Below, one piece after another: positions 11,094-21,872 of a stretch of DNA of 64,000 bases. Origin of the DNA: a virus; the IMG/VR virus record IMGVR_UViG_3300002835_000068, positions 39,273-103,272 of that record, one strand, 5' to 3'. The position numbers and the translations under genes are program-made. Numbering within the stretch: position 1 is the first letter of the stretch; each line of letters opens with the position of its first letter. Below the pieces are notes generated by a model. It worked only from the letters and a program-made list of their open reading frames with translations, ran no database searches and had not been told where the DNA came from.

Positions 11094-12230
11094 ATGATAA
11101 CTAATACAGGTAAGAATATTTTAGCCAAATATCTTGTTGGACAGGCCCCAGCATATGCATCATACATTGCTATTGGCTGTGGAGCAAAACCACTACCTGC
11201 TGATGGAGTTCTTGGAGACTACTCTGCAAAAAAATCTTTAGATTTTGAAATGTTTCGTGTACCAATAACATCTCGTGGATATGTTACTGAAAACGGACAA
11301 TCAAAAATTGTTTTTACAGCAGAACTTCCAACAGCAGAAAGATATGAGATAACTGAAGTAGGCGTTTGGTCAGCAGGGGCAAACCCAACTGCAGGATCCT
11401 ATGATAGCAAAACAATATATTCTTTTAGCGGAACAGAAAACTGGGAATACCATAACCAAAATGGTGCTGTAGCAATTCTTCCAATTTATGAACCATTAGA
11501 CTCAGGATCAAATCCTCCTAACAATATTATCAGTACAAGTAGTCAAGTTTTTCAAACTAACGCAGATAATAGAATTTTTACAAATCAGGAAAGATCGTCA
11601 CGGTATGAAAGATGTAGATTCTTAAACAATATTATGGTTATAAGAGGAGACATGACAAACCTGTCACTTACTAGCGGAGTTGTTGGTGTTCCAAATGGGT
11701 CAAGTCACATACACTTGACTGGAGCAAATGTTGACTTTAATAAAAATGCTCCAACAGATCAACTTAAACTTGCTTTTTCTGTTATAAATAAAGATGGAGA
11801 ATCAGAGGTACAGCCAGACGAAGTTAGAATTGTTGTTGAATTTTCTGATACGGATGAGGCAAACTCTACAAACTCTCAGTATGCAAGGCATCAAATAGTC
11901 TTAAAGGATACAGATCCAACTGTTGATTTTGCAACAGGACGATATTTTGTATCTTCAGTAGAACTTCAAGATTTAATTAAGACATCTGGTTTTACTTGGA
12001 ACGTTGTAGACACTGTAAAGTTTTATGTTTCGGTAATAAAAAACAATGTTGCTTCAAGTGACTACTATGTTTGCTTGGATGCTCTAAGACTAGAAAATGT
12101 GACATCCTCTAACCCTGTATACGGGCTATCTGGATACTCTGTGATAAAAAATTTAAATGCAGAGCCAATAATTAAAAATGCTAATACAACAAATCACATT
12201 GAGTTTAGGTTTGGAATGGATGTTCTTTAA
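11094..12230 (+). CDS. Putative tail/baseplate structural protein
   Basis: MITNTGKNILAKYL...EITEVGVW N-terminus resembles tail-collar/fibre attachment domains. Confidence 0.55.
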   Translation: MITNTGKNILAKYLVGQAPAYASYIAIGCGAKPLPADGVLGDYSAKKSLDFEMFRVPITSRGYVTENGQSKIVFTAELPTAERYEITEVGVWSAGANPTAGSYDSKTIYSFSGTENWEYHNQNGAVAILPIYEPLDSGSNPPNNIISTSSQVFQTNADNRIFTNQERSSRYERCRFLNNIMVIRGDMTNLSLTSGVVGVPNGSSHIHLTGANVDFNKNAPTDQLKLAFSVINKDGESEVQPDEVRIVVEFSDTDEANSTNSQYARHQIVLKDTDPTVDFATGRYFVSSVELQDLIKTSGFTWNVVDTVKFYVSVIKNNVASSDYYVCLDALRLENVTSSNPVYGLSGYSVIKNLNAEPIIKNANTTNHIEFRFGMDVL

Positions 12231-12661
12231 TGTCAAACCCAGTTGTTAAAAAGGTTGTTATAAAAAAAGAAGACCTTCCAGCATTTAATGGAACAGAGCA
12301 AAACTATTTAGTTAGATATAGGATAGTGTCTGAAGACAGAAACAGGACATCTCACTGGTCTCCATACTACTCTGTTACTACTCCAACAGTGGCACAGGTT
12401 GCTTGCTCAGTAACTGTTTTATCAAATGTTATTAACATGGTTTGGCAGAATCCAACATCCACGACATTTCAGCAATACGATGTATATATAAAGACAAATA
12501 TAGAGGACTGGACCTATCTGTCTAGTTCTTCTTCAACCCAATTTTCTACACTCGTCCCAACAGGAATATCTTCTTTTCAGGTTGCAGTTCAGGTGCCTAC
12601 ATATCCAAAAAAATATTTCACAAATGCTGCAATTTTTACATCAACACAGATAGCCGTTTAG
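12230..12661 (+). CDS. Putative structural protein, FN3-like
   Basis: YLVRYRIVSEDRNRTSHWS, beta-rich; coupled to previous gene. Confidence 0.45.
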   Translation: MSNPVVKKVVIKKEDLPAFNGTEQNYLVRYRIVSEDRNRTSHWSPYYSVTTPTVAQVACSVTVLSNVINMVWQNPTSTTFQQYDVYIKTNIEDWTYLSSSSSTQFSTLVPTGISSFQVAVQVPTYPKKYFTNAAIFTSTQIAV

Positions 12662-12679
12662 TGGTATAATTAATATACT

Positions 12680-13123
12680 ATGGCAAAAATACCTTTACCT
12701 GAGCGTGGACAACCACTAGACGTTACATACATTTCTCAGTTAGCCCAAGCAGTTAATGATTTATCATCTGCTATTTCACCAGCAACATATAAGTACACCT
12801 CCATTGACACCCCAAATGCTGGAAGACAAAATATTAAAGGCAGTGAGGCCAGAGTTATCGGAGGATACGTTCGTGTAGTTAATAGCGGAACAATCACTGC
12901 TGGAGAAGAAAAATCATTTACATATTCTTTCCCTGGTGAATTTAAGTACACTCCAATTGCAACAGCAACAGCCATCAACACTGGCAATACAGTTGCTGGC
13001 AAAAACGTTACAATTGTTTTAAAAAGCATTACAACATCTGGAGTTGAAGGAATTGTAAGATTTAATACATCTGGAGATGTGTCTATTGATGTTAACTTAA
13101 TTATCATTGGCGTACCTAATTAA
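12680..13123 (+). CDS. Putative tail-fibre-like small structural protein
   Basis: Beta-rich 147 aa; TGGTATAAT at 12662-12670 upstream. Confidence 0.45.
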   Translation: MAKIPLPERGQPLDVTYISQLAQAVNDLSSAISPATYKYTSIDTPNAGRQNIKGSEARVIGGYVRVVNSGTITAGEEKSFTYSFPGEFKYTPIATATAINTGNTVAGKNVTIVLKSITTSGVEGIVRFNTSGDVSIDVNLIIIGVPN

Positions 13124-13314
13124 TGCTAAAGTGTAAAAGATGTAGTGGGAGAATGTTTCTTGATAGACAATACAGTACAGTCGGTCACCTTGAAACCTAT
13201 TGCATTTCATGTGGATCAAGAAGTTTTTATAACCCACCAGAAAGTTCTGCGGAGGGGTCATGGCTGTTAAAAAGGGAAGTATCGAGAGCGAAGGCTACAA
13301 TGTCCTCCCTGTAA
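13123..13314 (+). CDS. Small zinc-ribbon protein
   Basis: CKRC...CISC; TAATG coupling. Confidence 0.6.
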   Translation: MLKCKRCSGRMFLDRQYSTVGHLETYCISCGSRSFYNPPESSAEGSWLLKREVSRAKATMSSL

Positions 13315-13802
13315 TTCCAGGGAATAAAAAGGTCTGGTTCTTAAATGGAGACCTTGTAAGAGTACACCACCTAAACAAGTCTAACGGGATCATGTCTGTT
13401 TACAATATAACAAAAGATCAGATTGAAAGTTGTTTAATTTCTGATTTTAAAAAGAAACGTGAAAGAGCATATACTGTTAGAGAGACTGCTGATTTAGTTA
13501 ATCGCCATAAAAAATATATGCCATCACTAATGAAACGAGGAGTTATTCCATTTCCAACGGGATCTCAAAAAGGTGGAGCAAGAGGATTTCAGGTAAGATC
13601 CTATTACTCAGAATCGCAAGTAAGGGAGATTCGTGATATACTTGCTACATACCATATTGGTAGACCAAGAAAAGATAATTTAATAACAAATGATATCACC
13701 CCAAGCAAGCAAGAGTTGACACGAAGAATGGGCGATGGTATACTTACATATACGAGAACTGAAGATGGTCGATTCATTCCAATCTGGTCTGAATCTATTT
13801 AA
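13260..13802 (+). CDS. HTH DNA-binding protein (MerR/excisionase-like)
   Basis: AYTVRETADLVNR...GVIPFP...RSYYSESQV; SD GGAGG upstream. Confidence 0.6.
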   Translation: MAVKKGSIESEGYNVLPVIPGNKKVWFLNGDLVRVHHLNKSNGIMSVYNITKDQIESCLISDFKKKRERAYTVRETADLVNRHKKYMPSLMKRGVIPFPTGSQKGGARGFQVRSYYSESQVREIRDILATYHIGRPRKDNLITNDITPSKQELTRRMGDGILTYTRTEDGRFIPIWSESI

Positions 13803-13810
13803 CGAAGGGT

Positions 13811-14023
13811 ATGAACATGGAAAACGAAGACACAAAGGTATCTGTAACACTTGGATACACACTTAACCTTGGAAACTTTCAATCACTAAGACTTGATCTT
13901 GGAATTGTAGATTCAAGACGTAACGGAGAAACTGCAGACCAGGCATTTGAACGTGTTTATAAGTTTGTAGAAGATAAGTTAACTGAAAAGATTAACGAAG
14001 CAAAGTCTGAAATTAACGAGTAA
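13811..14023 (+). CDS. Hypothetical phage protein
   Basis: GYTLNLGNFQSLRLD; in replication operon. Confidence 0.6.
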   Translation: MNMENEDTKVSVTLGYTLNLGNFQSLRLDLGIVDSRRNGETADQAFERVYKFVEDKLTEKINEAKSEINE

Positions 14024-14331
14024 TGGCAGAACGCAAAGACCGTATGGCTTTGCTTTCAAGATACAGTAAGTATCATACCGCAAGGTACGAGTCAAAGCCA
14101 TCACTTAATTTAAACGTAGAGCAGTGGGCCTCAGATGGCCTTGTAGAGTCATACGGACTATCTGGCTGCTACGATATACTTGAGTATTATTTTTCAGTTT
14201 CAGAAAATCCTTCATGGAATTACTTTGCTTATAACGCAGAAAAAATTTTACAGGCAAAAAAAGATAAAAAAAGAGACGATGAAGAGAGAGCAGAGCGTAG
14301 AAGAATGGCTAAGGAGTGGCTAAGTGAATAA
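14023..14331 (+). CDS. Hypothetical protein preceding helicase (possible loader)
   Basis: Coupled ORF; function from position only. Confidence 0.5.
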   Translation: MAERKDRMALLSRYSKYHTARYESKPSLNLNVEQWASDGLVESYGLSGCYDILEYYFSVSENPSWNYFAYNAEKILQAKKDKKRDDEERAERRRMAKEWLSE

Positions 14332-15544
14332 TACAGAGTCCAAACTAATTACTGCAGTTCTTCAGGATAAGCAGATCCACGTTCTTTTACAGGCCAACGT
14401 AGATAACTTACTTAGAACTCACGGAGATATTTGGAACTTCATACGGCTATACTTTGAAAACAATAAGTCACTTCCTCCTTCAGAATTGGTTACAGAAAAG
14501 TTTAGAGATTTCTCTCCTATTTCAAATGTTGGTGCAACAAAACATCACCTTGAAGAGTTGCAGGGAGAATATCTAAATGATAGCCTTAAAGATATCTTAA
14601 GATCTGCAGCAACAAATGTTCAAAACAATCAGGGCAATATTGCACTAAATGATTTAATTACACAAACATCAGAGTTAAAGAAAAACACTTCGGCCATTCG
14701 TGATATTGACGTAACTGACCTTGAGTCTGCAGTAGCATACTTTGAGAATTTAAAGATTCAGCAAGCAGCAGGGCACGTTGGAATTAAAACCAATCTTCCA
14801 GGGTTCGATAACTATCTTCCTTCTGGAATTATGCCAGGTCAATTAGGGGTCTTTTTAGCATACCCAGGTATAGGAAAGTCATGGATGGCTCTGTACTTTG
14901 CTGTACAAGCCTGGAAACAGGGTAAGACACCCCTTGTAATCTCACTTGAGATGAGCGAGACAGAAGTTCGTAACCGTGTATTTACAATTATGGGAGAAGG
15001 CCTTTGGTCGCACAGAAAATTGTCTAATGGAGATGTTGAGTTGGACACTCTTAAGGCTTGGCATGAAAGGCACTTAAAGGGTAAGCCAGAGTTTCATATC
15101 ATTTCAAATGACCAGGGTGGAGAAATCAATCCGTCAGTTCTTCGTGGAAAGATTGATCAGTATAAACCAGACTTTGTAATCGTTGACTACCTACAGTTGA
15201 TGGCTCCTAATCAGAAGTCAGACAACGAAACGGTACGAATGAAGAACCTTTCAAGAGAACTCAAACTCATGGCTATTGGAGAAGAGGTTCCAATTATTGC
15301 TATCTCATCTGCAACACCAGACGATGTAAATGATCTAAGCGGTGTTCCAACTCTTGGACAGACTGCTTGGTCAAGGCAGATTGCATACGATGCAGACTGG
15401 GTTATTGCACTTGGTCGTGCAAGCAATAGCGATATTATTGAGTGTGCTTTTAGAAAGAACCGTAATGGGTTTATGGGAGACTTCCTTGTACAGGTTGATT
15501 TTGACAAGGGATACTACAGATATAAAGACTATGAAGATAAGTAG
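14324..15544 (+). CDS. dnaB: Replicative DnaB-like (SF4) helicase
   Basis: Walker A AYPGIGKS, SLEMS, VIVDYLQLM, KNRNG. Confidence 0.92.
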   Translation: MNNTESKLITAVLQDKQIHVLLQANVDNLLRTHGDIWNFIRLYFENNKSLPPSELVTEKFRDFSPISNVGATKHHLEELQGEYLNDSLKDILRSAATNVQNNQGNIALNDLITQTSELKKNTSAIRDIDVTDLESAVAYFENLKIQQAAGHVGIKTNLPGFDNYLPSGIMPGQLGVFLAYPGIGKSWMALYFAVQAWKQGKTPLVISLEMSETEVRNRVFTIMGEGLWSHRKLSNGDVELDTLKAWHERHLKGKPEFHIISNDQGGEINPSVLRGKIDQYKPDFVIVDYLQLMAPNQKSDNETVRMKNLSRELKLMAIGEEVPIIAISSATPDDVNDLSGVPTLGQTAWSRQIAYDADWVIALGRASNSDIIECAFRKNRNGFMGDFLVQVDFDKGYYRYKDYEDK

Positions 15545-15558
15545 GTATAATATGTTAC

Positions 15559-15885
15559 ATGGCGAACTATCACCACAAGCCAATCAAGAAGTTCAATTTG
15601 AATGGAGTAATTCATGACGAATCGGCACTTGGCAGGCTTAAAGAAGAATATATCAGGCTACTGGAGTCTGAGATGCGCCTATCTGGATACGTACCAAGAC
15701 TTGACATAAACCCAGACTTTACTATAGACTATAATGAAAGAAAAAAATATTTTGAGTTTGAATTAACAGTACACGGTATACATACAGGGAGAAAGCAAAG
15801 CGAATGGATAGCAGGGATAGACGGAAGCACACCAATCTATACACAAAAGAACAAATCAAAAGAGTTCTCACAGGAACAGGTGTAA
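15559..15885 (+). CDS. Hypothetical protein, probably leaderless
   Basis: TATAAT 15546-15551, 7 nt before ATG; overlaps primase start. Confidence 0.6.
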   Translation: MANYHHKPIKKFNLNGVIHDESALGRLKEEYIRLLESEMRLSGYVPRLDINPDFTIDYNERKKYFEFELTVHGIHTGRKQSEWIAGIDGSTPIYTQKNKSKEFSQEQV

Positions 15886-16748
15886 CGATTGAGTCTGAGG
15901 TAGACTCAGACTATATAATCTTTTGTCCATACCACAATAACAATAGAACGCCAGCAGGAGAAATAGACAAGAACAATGGAACATTTTTTTGCTTTGCCTG
16001 TCATCATGTAACTGGACTTACAGAGTTCGTAATGCATATGTCTAACAGGACTTACTTTGAAGCAGCAAGATTTATAAAAAGTAAAGAGACAGAAACAAGT
16101 ATTGAGACCGATATAGATAAGGCGCTATACAAAAAGCCAGAGTTCACACTGTTTGATGAACTAGTTCTTAAGCGTTTGCACAATAACCTTCTTTCCTTTG
16201 ATAGAGCAAAAGATTATTTTAACTACAGAAAGATAACCAAAGAGTCTGCATCAAAGTTTTCTTTAGGATACTCAGACAAACAGGATATGGTTACTGTACC
16301 TGTTCATAGCCCAGATGGTTTACCAATTGGCTTTGTTGGAAGATCTATTGAGGGCAAAGAGTTCAAGAATACTCCAGGACTTCCAAAATCAAAAACACTT
16401 TTTAATCTTCACAGGGTTAAGAGTTCTGGGAAAGTGTATGTTGTAGAGTCATCATTTGACGCTATTAGGCTTGACCAGTGTGGCTTTCCTGCAGTAGCAA
16501 CCCTTGGCTCAAACGTATCTAACATACAAATAGAATTGCTTAAAAAGTACTTTAATGATATAATTGTTATTGCAGACAACGATGAAGCAGGTGGAAATAT
16601 GAAAACTAAGATAGTTGAAAAACTTGGTTCTCGTGTATCTGTAATACAACTAAATAAGCAATATAAAGATATAGGCGACATGGACGATAAGTCAATTCAA
16701 GAACTGGACTTCCAGTTTGACAAATCAATACAGTCTATGCTAAACTAA
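15804..16748 (+). CDS. dnaG: DNA primase (CHC2 zinc finger + TOPRIM)
   Basis: CPYH...CFAC; VVESSFDA; ADNDEAG; KDIGD. Confidence 0.9.
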   Translation: MDSRDRRKHTNLYTKEQIKRVLTGTGVTIESEVDSDYIIFCPYHNNNRTPAGEIDKNNGTFFCFACHHVTGLTEFVMHMSNRTYFEAARFIKSKETETSIETDIDKALYKKPEFTLFDELVLKRLHNNLLSFDRAKDYFNYRKITKESASKFSLGYSDKQDMVTVPVHSPDGLPIGFVGRSIEGKEFKNTPGLPKSKTLFNLHRVKSSGKVYVVESSFDAIRLDQCGFPAVATLGSNVSNIQIELLKKYFNDIIVIADNDEAGGNMKTKIVEKLGSRVSVIQLNKQYKDIGDMDDKSIQELDFQFDKSIQSMLN

Positions 16749-16772
16749 CATAACACAGAAAAGAGAAAACAC

Positions 16773-17426
16773 ATGGCAATACTAAGAGGAATAAAGGAAA
16801 TGGGCCCAGTACTAGACGGCCCAAAGGGTGGAGATGGTCCAAAGGTTAAGTGGCTAAAACTTGCTGACGGACAATCAGTAAAGATTCGGTTCTTAGAAGA
16901 ACTAGACGAAGATTCAGCAAACTATAACGCAGAGCGTGGACTAGCAATTGTTGTATCAGAACACACAAACCCAAAGGACTATAAGCGCAAGGCTGTAGAC
17001 ACAATGGATACAGAAGGTCGTGACTGGGCTGAAGAAATGCACCGCAAGGATCCAAAGGCTGGCTGGAGAGCACGTCTTCGCTTCTACTGCAACGTTCTTG
17101 TAGACGATGGCATTGAATCACCATATGTTGCAATCTGGTCAATGGGTATCAGCAAGCAATCATCATTCAACACAATTCGTGAGTATGCACTTGAAACAGG
17201 AAGCATCTCAAATGTACAGTGGAAGTTAAAGCGTAATGGTCAGGGAACTGAAACAAATTACACTCTTATTCCATCTGCACCAGACAAGGAACCATTTAAC
17301 TGGGGAGACATTAAGCCTTACCCACTAGAATCTGCACTACGCAAGGTTCCATACGCAGAACAAGAAGCGTTCTATTTGGGCTTTGATGGCCCATCTGCCA
17401 CCTCAGCAACTAACGCTGATTGGTAA
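16773..17426 (+). CDS. Single-stranded DNA-binding protein
   Basis: Between primase and polymerase; WLKLADGQSVKIRF, KRNGQGTETNY, tail ending ADW. Confidence 0.7.
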   Translation: MAILRGIKEMGPVLDGPKGGDGPKVKWLKLADGQSVKIRFLEELDEDSANYNAERGLAIVVSEHTNPKDYKRKAVDTMDTEGRDWAEEMHRKDPKAGWRARLRFYCNVLVDDGIESPYVAIWSMGISKQSSFNTIREYALETGSISNVQWKLKRNGQGTETNYTLIPSAPDKEPFNWGDIKPYPLESALRKVPYAEQEAFYLGFDGPSATSATNADW

Positions 17427-17427
17427 T

Positions 17428-20400
17428 ATGAACTACGTCGGCTTACATGTCCATACCCATTTTAGTTTATTTGATGGGATTGCTACTCCAGAAGAATACG
17501 TGAACCGTGCAGTTGAGTTAGGGATGCCTGCAATAGCCATCACTGACCACGGTACTTTATCTGGGCATAGGGAACTGCACCGTATTGCAAAAGCAAAGGG
17601 CATTAAGCCAATTCTAGGTCTAGAAGGATACATGTGTGCAGACATATCTGATACACGAGATAAGTCTGAAAGAGAAGGTCAACAAGATCTTGTCTACAAT
17701 CACATTATCCTTCTAGCCAAGAATCAAATTGGTTTAGAAAATCTTAACAAGATTAGTGAACTATCTTGGACAGATGGTTTTTTTAAGAAGCCACGATTTG
17801 ACTTTACTATTTTAGAAAAGTATAAAGAGGGTATTATCGTTACCTCTGCTTGTCCAAGTAGCGTTTTAGTTAAAGCACTTGAGGAAGAAGAGTTTGCACT
17901 TGCTAAGAAGTACATTTCTTGGTTTAAAGAACGTTTTGGAGATGATTACTACATTGAAGTCATGCCACATAACGAAGCACACATTAATAAATATCTTATT
18001 GCACTTGCTGACGAGTTTGAAGTCAAGGTAGTTGTAACTCCAGACTGTCACCATGTTGACTCATCACAAAAGGAAGTTCAAGAGTTTAAGTTGCTCATGA
18101 ACACACACGGCAAGGTATTAAAAGATACAACATACGAAAAGTCAAAAAAGAAAACAAACATGATGGAACGCCTTGACTACCTTTATGGAGAAGACCGTCA
18201 GATTACTTTTAATAAGTTTGATATTCATCTGCTCTCATATGAAGAGATGAAGGCAGCGATGGAATCGCAGGGGATTGATCGACCAGACATCTACTCAAAT
18301 ACACTCCTATTAGCAGATACAGTAGGAGACTATGGCATTCAAGATGGCATGAATCTTCTACCTGTACAGTATAAGAGTCCAGATAAAGAACTAAAGAAGA
18401 TTGCATACGAAGGTTTAGAGCAAAGAGGTTTTGCAAATAACCCAGAATATGTTGCAAGAGTTGAAGAAGAACTTGAAATTATTAAAGATAAGAAGTTTGC
18501 TCCATACTTCCTTGTAGTTCAAAGCATGATTGCTTGGGCTAAGAAAGAAGGAATAATGGTAGGGCCAGGTCGAGGATCTGCTGCTGGATCATTGGTTTGC
18601 TACGCTCTTGGAATTACAGATGTAGATCCTATTAAGTATGGACTTTTGTTTTTCCGTTTTATTAATCCAGAGCGCAACGACTTCCCTGATATTGATACAG
18701 ATATTCAAGACTCTCGTCGTGATGAGGTTAAAGACTATCTTGTTAGACAATATAGGCACGTTGCATCTATTGCGACATTCTTACAGTTTAAAGATAAGGG
18801 TGTTGTCCGAGATGTTGCACGAGTATTAAACATTCCTCTTACAGACGTTAATAAGGTACTTAAGTTAGTTGACACTTGGGAAGACTTCTGCACATCAAAG
18901 TCAACAAGAGAGTTTAGAGAAAAGTATCCAGAGGTAGAGATTTATGGAGAGCAACTTCGTGGTCGCATTCGTGGTACAGGTATTCATGCTGCTGGTGTTG
19001 TAACATCTAAGGATCCAATCTTTAGATATGCACCAATGGAAACAAGATCATCTCCAGGTTCTGATGAAAGAATTCCTGTTGTTGGTGTTGATATGGAAGA
19101 AGCAGAGCGAATTGGCCTTATTAAGATTGATGCTTTGGGTCTAAAGACTCTTAGTGTTATTCAAGATGCTGTTGCAATGATTAAAGAGAATCATTACAAG
19201 GATATTGATTTACACTCGCTTGACCTTGCAGACCCAAAGATTTATGAAATGCTTTCTGACGGCTACACAAAAGGTGTATTCCAGTGTGAAGCAACACCAT
19301 ACACAAACCTTCTTGTTAAGATGGGTGTAAAGAACTTTAACGAACTTGCTGCATCAAATGCTCTTGTTCGTCCAGGTGCTATGAATACAATTGGTAAAGA
19401 TTACATTGCACGTAAGCACGGAAAGCAGAATGTATCTTATAGTCACCAAATTATGAAACCATTTACGGAGGATACTTATGGTTGCGTTTTATACCAGGAA
19501 CAAGTTATGCAAGCATGCGTACACCTTGGACAGATGTCCATGTCAGAAGCAGATAAAGTTAGAAAGATCATTGGAAAGAAAAAAGATGCTAAAGACTTTG
19601 ATGAGTTCAAAGACAGGTTTGTCAAGGGCGCTTCTGCCTTTGTTAGTCCCAATCAGGCTCTTGATCTATGGCATGACTTTGAAGCGCATGCGGGTTACTC
19701 GTTCAACAAGTCTCATGCGGTTGCTTACTCTACGCTCTCGTATTGGACGGCGTGGCTAAAGTATTATTATCCACTAGAGTTTATGTTTGCCCTTCTTAAA
19801 AATGAAAAGGACAAGGATAACAGAACTGAGTACCTTATTGAGGCAAAGCGTATGGGGATTCCTGTAAAGTTACCTCATATCAACGACTCAGACTTTGACT
19901 TTAAGATTGAAGGTAAAGGTATTAGATTTGGCCTGACTGGTATTAAGTACATATCAAGCAACATTGCAGAAAAGTATATTGCTGCAAGACCTTTTAAGAC
20001 ATTGAAAGAGGTGGAGGAGTTTACTTTTACCAAAGGTAATGGGGTAAACAGTCGTGCACTTCAAGCAATGAATATGGTTGGCGCTTTAACGTTTCCAGAT
20101 AATCCAAGAAACGATAGTCAGATTAAAGAAAACCTATACGAATATTTAAACCTTCCAGAGTTTAATATTACAATTCCTTCACACTACTACGCATTTATAC
20201 AGGATGTGGAAGAGTTTGAGGAAAAGGGGTCATATGTTTTACTGGGTATGGTAAAATCAATTAAACGAGGAACAGGATGGTCACGAGTTGAAGTTTTGGA
20301 CAAGACTGGTAGTGTTGGTATATTTGATGAAGAAGGAACGACTATTGAGACTGGTCGTACTTACCTTATTCTTTGTAATGATAACAGGATTGTTTCTGCA

Positions 20401-20703
20401 GTACCTGCTGATGAAATAAAAGGATCTTCAAACGCCCTTGTAAAGTTCTTGGGTTATAAGCAGTTACCTTATAAAGATGAAGAAATGTTTGTAGTTTCTT
20501 TTAAACCAAGAATTACAAAGGCTGGAAAAAAGATGGCATCTCTTACATTAGCAGATACAGACAGAGATCTTCATTCTATTACAGTTTTCCCTACATCTTT
20601 TGCAAAAGCATATATGCATATTGAAGAAGGAAAGGCTTATAAATTTAGTTTTGGTAAAACAAAAGACGGAACAGTAACATTGGAGGATGTACATGTCAGT
20701 TAG
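17428..20703 (+). CDS. dnaE: DNA polymerase III alpha subunit (family C)
   Basis: PHP HVHTHFS/TDHG; GRGSAAGSL; FPDIDTD; HAAGVV; YSFNKSHAVAY. Confidence 0.97.
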   Translation: MNYVGLHVHTHFSLFDGIATPEEYVNRAVELGMPAIAITDHGTLSGHRELHRIAKAKGIKPILGLEGYMCADISDTRDKSEREGQQDLVYNHIILLAKNQIGLENLNKISELSWTDGFFKKPRFDFTILEKYKEGIIVTSACPSSVLVKALEEEEFALAKKYISWFKERFGDDYYIEVMPHNEAHINKYLIALADEFEVKVVVTPDCHHVDSSQKEVQEFKLLMNTHGKVLKDTTYEKSKKKTNMMERLDYLYGEDRQITFNKFDIHLLSYEEMKAAMESQGIDRPDIYSNTLLLADTVGDYGIQDGMNLLPVQYKSPDKELKKIAYEGLEQRGFANNPEYVARVEEELEIIKDKKFAPYFLVVQSMIAWAKKEGIMVGPGRGSAAGSLVCYALGITDVDPIKYGLLFFRFINPERNDFPDIDTDIQDSRRDEVKDYLVRQYRHVASIATFLQFKDKGVVRDVARVLNIPLTDVNKVLKLVDTWEDFCTSKSTREFREKYPEVEIYGEQLRGRIRGTGIHAAGVVTSKDPIFRYAPMETRSSPGSDERIPVVGVDMEEAERIGLIKIDALGLKTLSVIQDAVAMIKENHYKDIDLHSLDLADPKIYEMLSDGYTKGVFQCEATPYTNLLVKMGVKNFNELAASNALVRPGAMNTIGKDYIARKHGKQNVSYSHQIMKPFTEDTYGCVLYQEQVMQACVHLGQMSMSEADKVRKIIGKKKDAKDFDEFKDRFVKGASAFVSPNQALDLWHDFEAHAGYSFNKSHAVAYSTLSYWTAWLKYYYPLEFMFALLKNEKDKDNRTEYLIEAKRMGIPVKLPHINDSDFDFKIEGKGIRFGLTGIKYISSNIAEKYIAARPFKTLKEVEEFTFTKGNGVNSRALQAMNMVGALTFPDNPRNDSQIKENLYEYLNLPEFNITIPSHYYAFIQDVEEFEEKGSYVLLGMVKSIKRGTGWSRVEVLDKTGSVGIFDEEGTTIETGRTYLILCNDNRIVSAVPADEIKGSSNALVKFLGYKQLPYKDEEMFVVSFKPRITKAGKKMASLTLADTDRDLHSITVFPTSFAKAYMHIEEGKAYKFSFGKTKDGTVTLEDVHVS

Positions 20704-21703
20704 TATCGAAGAAGCGTTAGCACAGTTAGATCCCAAGTTAAGAAAGAGATTGGGCAGTGGAGTAGGAGTCAACTATGAGTATCAGCCCACTCCTAGTTTT
20801 GGGCTAAACCGTGCTCTTGGTGGAGGGCTTCCTTACGGTAGACAGGTACTTATCTGGGGATCAAAGTCTTCAGCAAAGTCTTCTATGTGTCTTCAGATGA
20901 TCGCTTTAGCACAGGCAGAAGGAAAGTTGTGTGCATGGATTGACTCAGAGATGTCATACTCAGAAGACTGGGCTAGAACTTTGGGAGTAGATCCAGAAAA
21001 ACTAATCTACTCACAAGCAAGAACTATTAGCGATATGGTAGATGTAGGTGTTGGACTTATGAACGCTGGAGTTGACCTAATTGTGGTAGACTCTATTACA
21101 TCAATGCTTCCAGCAATCTATTTTGAAAAAGATACAGATGAGATGAAGGCATTAGAAAACACTAAACAGATTGGAGCCGAATCCCGTGACTTTAGTAACG
21201 CATGGAAAATGCTTAACTATGCAAACAATAAAGTTAAGCCAACTCTGCTTGTTCTCATTTCTCAGTCTCGTAATAATATTAATGCTATGTATACTAGCCA
21301 GCAGCCTTCTGGTGGCCAGGCTACTAAGTTTTATTCCTCATGTATTGTTAAACTCTTTTCTTCAGAGTCAGACAATCAAGCGATTAAGGGCAAGATCAAA
21401 GTAGGAGATAAATTAATTGAAGAAAAAATTGGTAGAACTATTAAATGGGAACTCCAGTTCTCCAAAACCTCTCCAGGGTTCCAATCTGGTGAGTATGATT
21501 TTTACTTTAGAGGTGACGATATTGGTCTTGATACCATTGGTGATCTGGTTACTACAGCAGAACTAAATGGTATTGTAGAGCGCACAGGGGCTTGGTATAT
21601 CCTTCCTGATGGCTCAAAGGTTCAGGGTAAGGAAGCGTTTGTGAATCGTGTAAGAGAGGATCTTGACTTGCAAGAATCAATCAAGGCAAGGTTAAATGGC
21701 TAA
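20693..21703 (+). CDS. recA: RecA-like recombinase
   Basis: GGGLPYGR, GSKSSAKSS, WIDSE, IVVDS, SGGQATKFYSS, GAWY. Confidence 0.92.
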   Translation: MSVSIEEALAQLDPKLRKRLGSGVGVNYEYQPTPSFGLNRALGGGLPYGRQVLIWGSKSSAKSSMCLQMIALAQAEGKLCAWIDSEMSYSEDWARTLGVDPEKLIYSQARTISDMVDVGVGLMNAGVDLIVVDSITSMLPAIYFEKDTDEMKALENTKQIGAESRDFSNAWKMLNYANNKVKPTLLVLISQSRNNINAMYTSQQPSGGQATKFYSSCIVKLFSSESDNQAIKGKIKVGDKLIEEKIGRTIKWELQFSKTSPGFQSGEYDFYFRGDDIGLDTIGDLVTTAELNGIVERTGAWYILPDGSKVQGKEAFVNRVREDLDLQESIKARLNG

Positions 21704-21872
21704 CTACAGCATATACGAAGGAAAGTTTCCTTGCAAAACATGTAAAAAAGAAGTAAAGACTATGAGAGTTTATATGGAGACTGGAATGGCCTCTTGGATG
21801 TGCTCAGACAAACATCTGTCAGAGGTGATGCTATTTAAAAAAGGATACAAGAAAGTAAAAAGAGATGACTGA
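21696..21872 (+). CDS. Small zinc-binding protein, 58 aa (not in ORF track)
   Basis: MANYSIYEGKFPCKTC...WMCSDKH; overlaps both neighbours. Confidence 0.65.
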   Translation: MANYSIYEGKFPCKTCKKEVKTMRVYMETGMASWMCSDKHLSEVMLFKKGYKKVKRDD

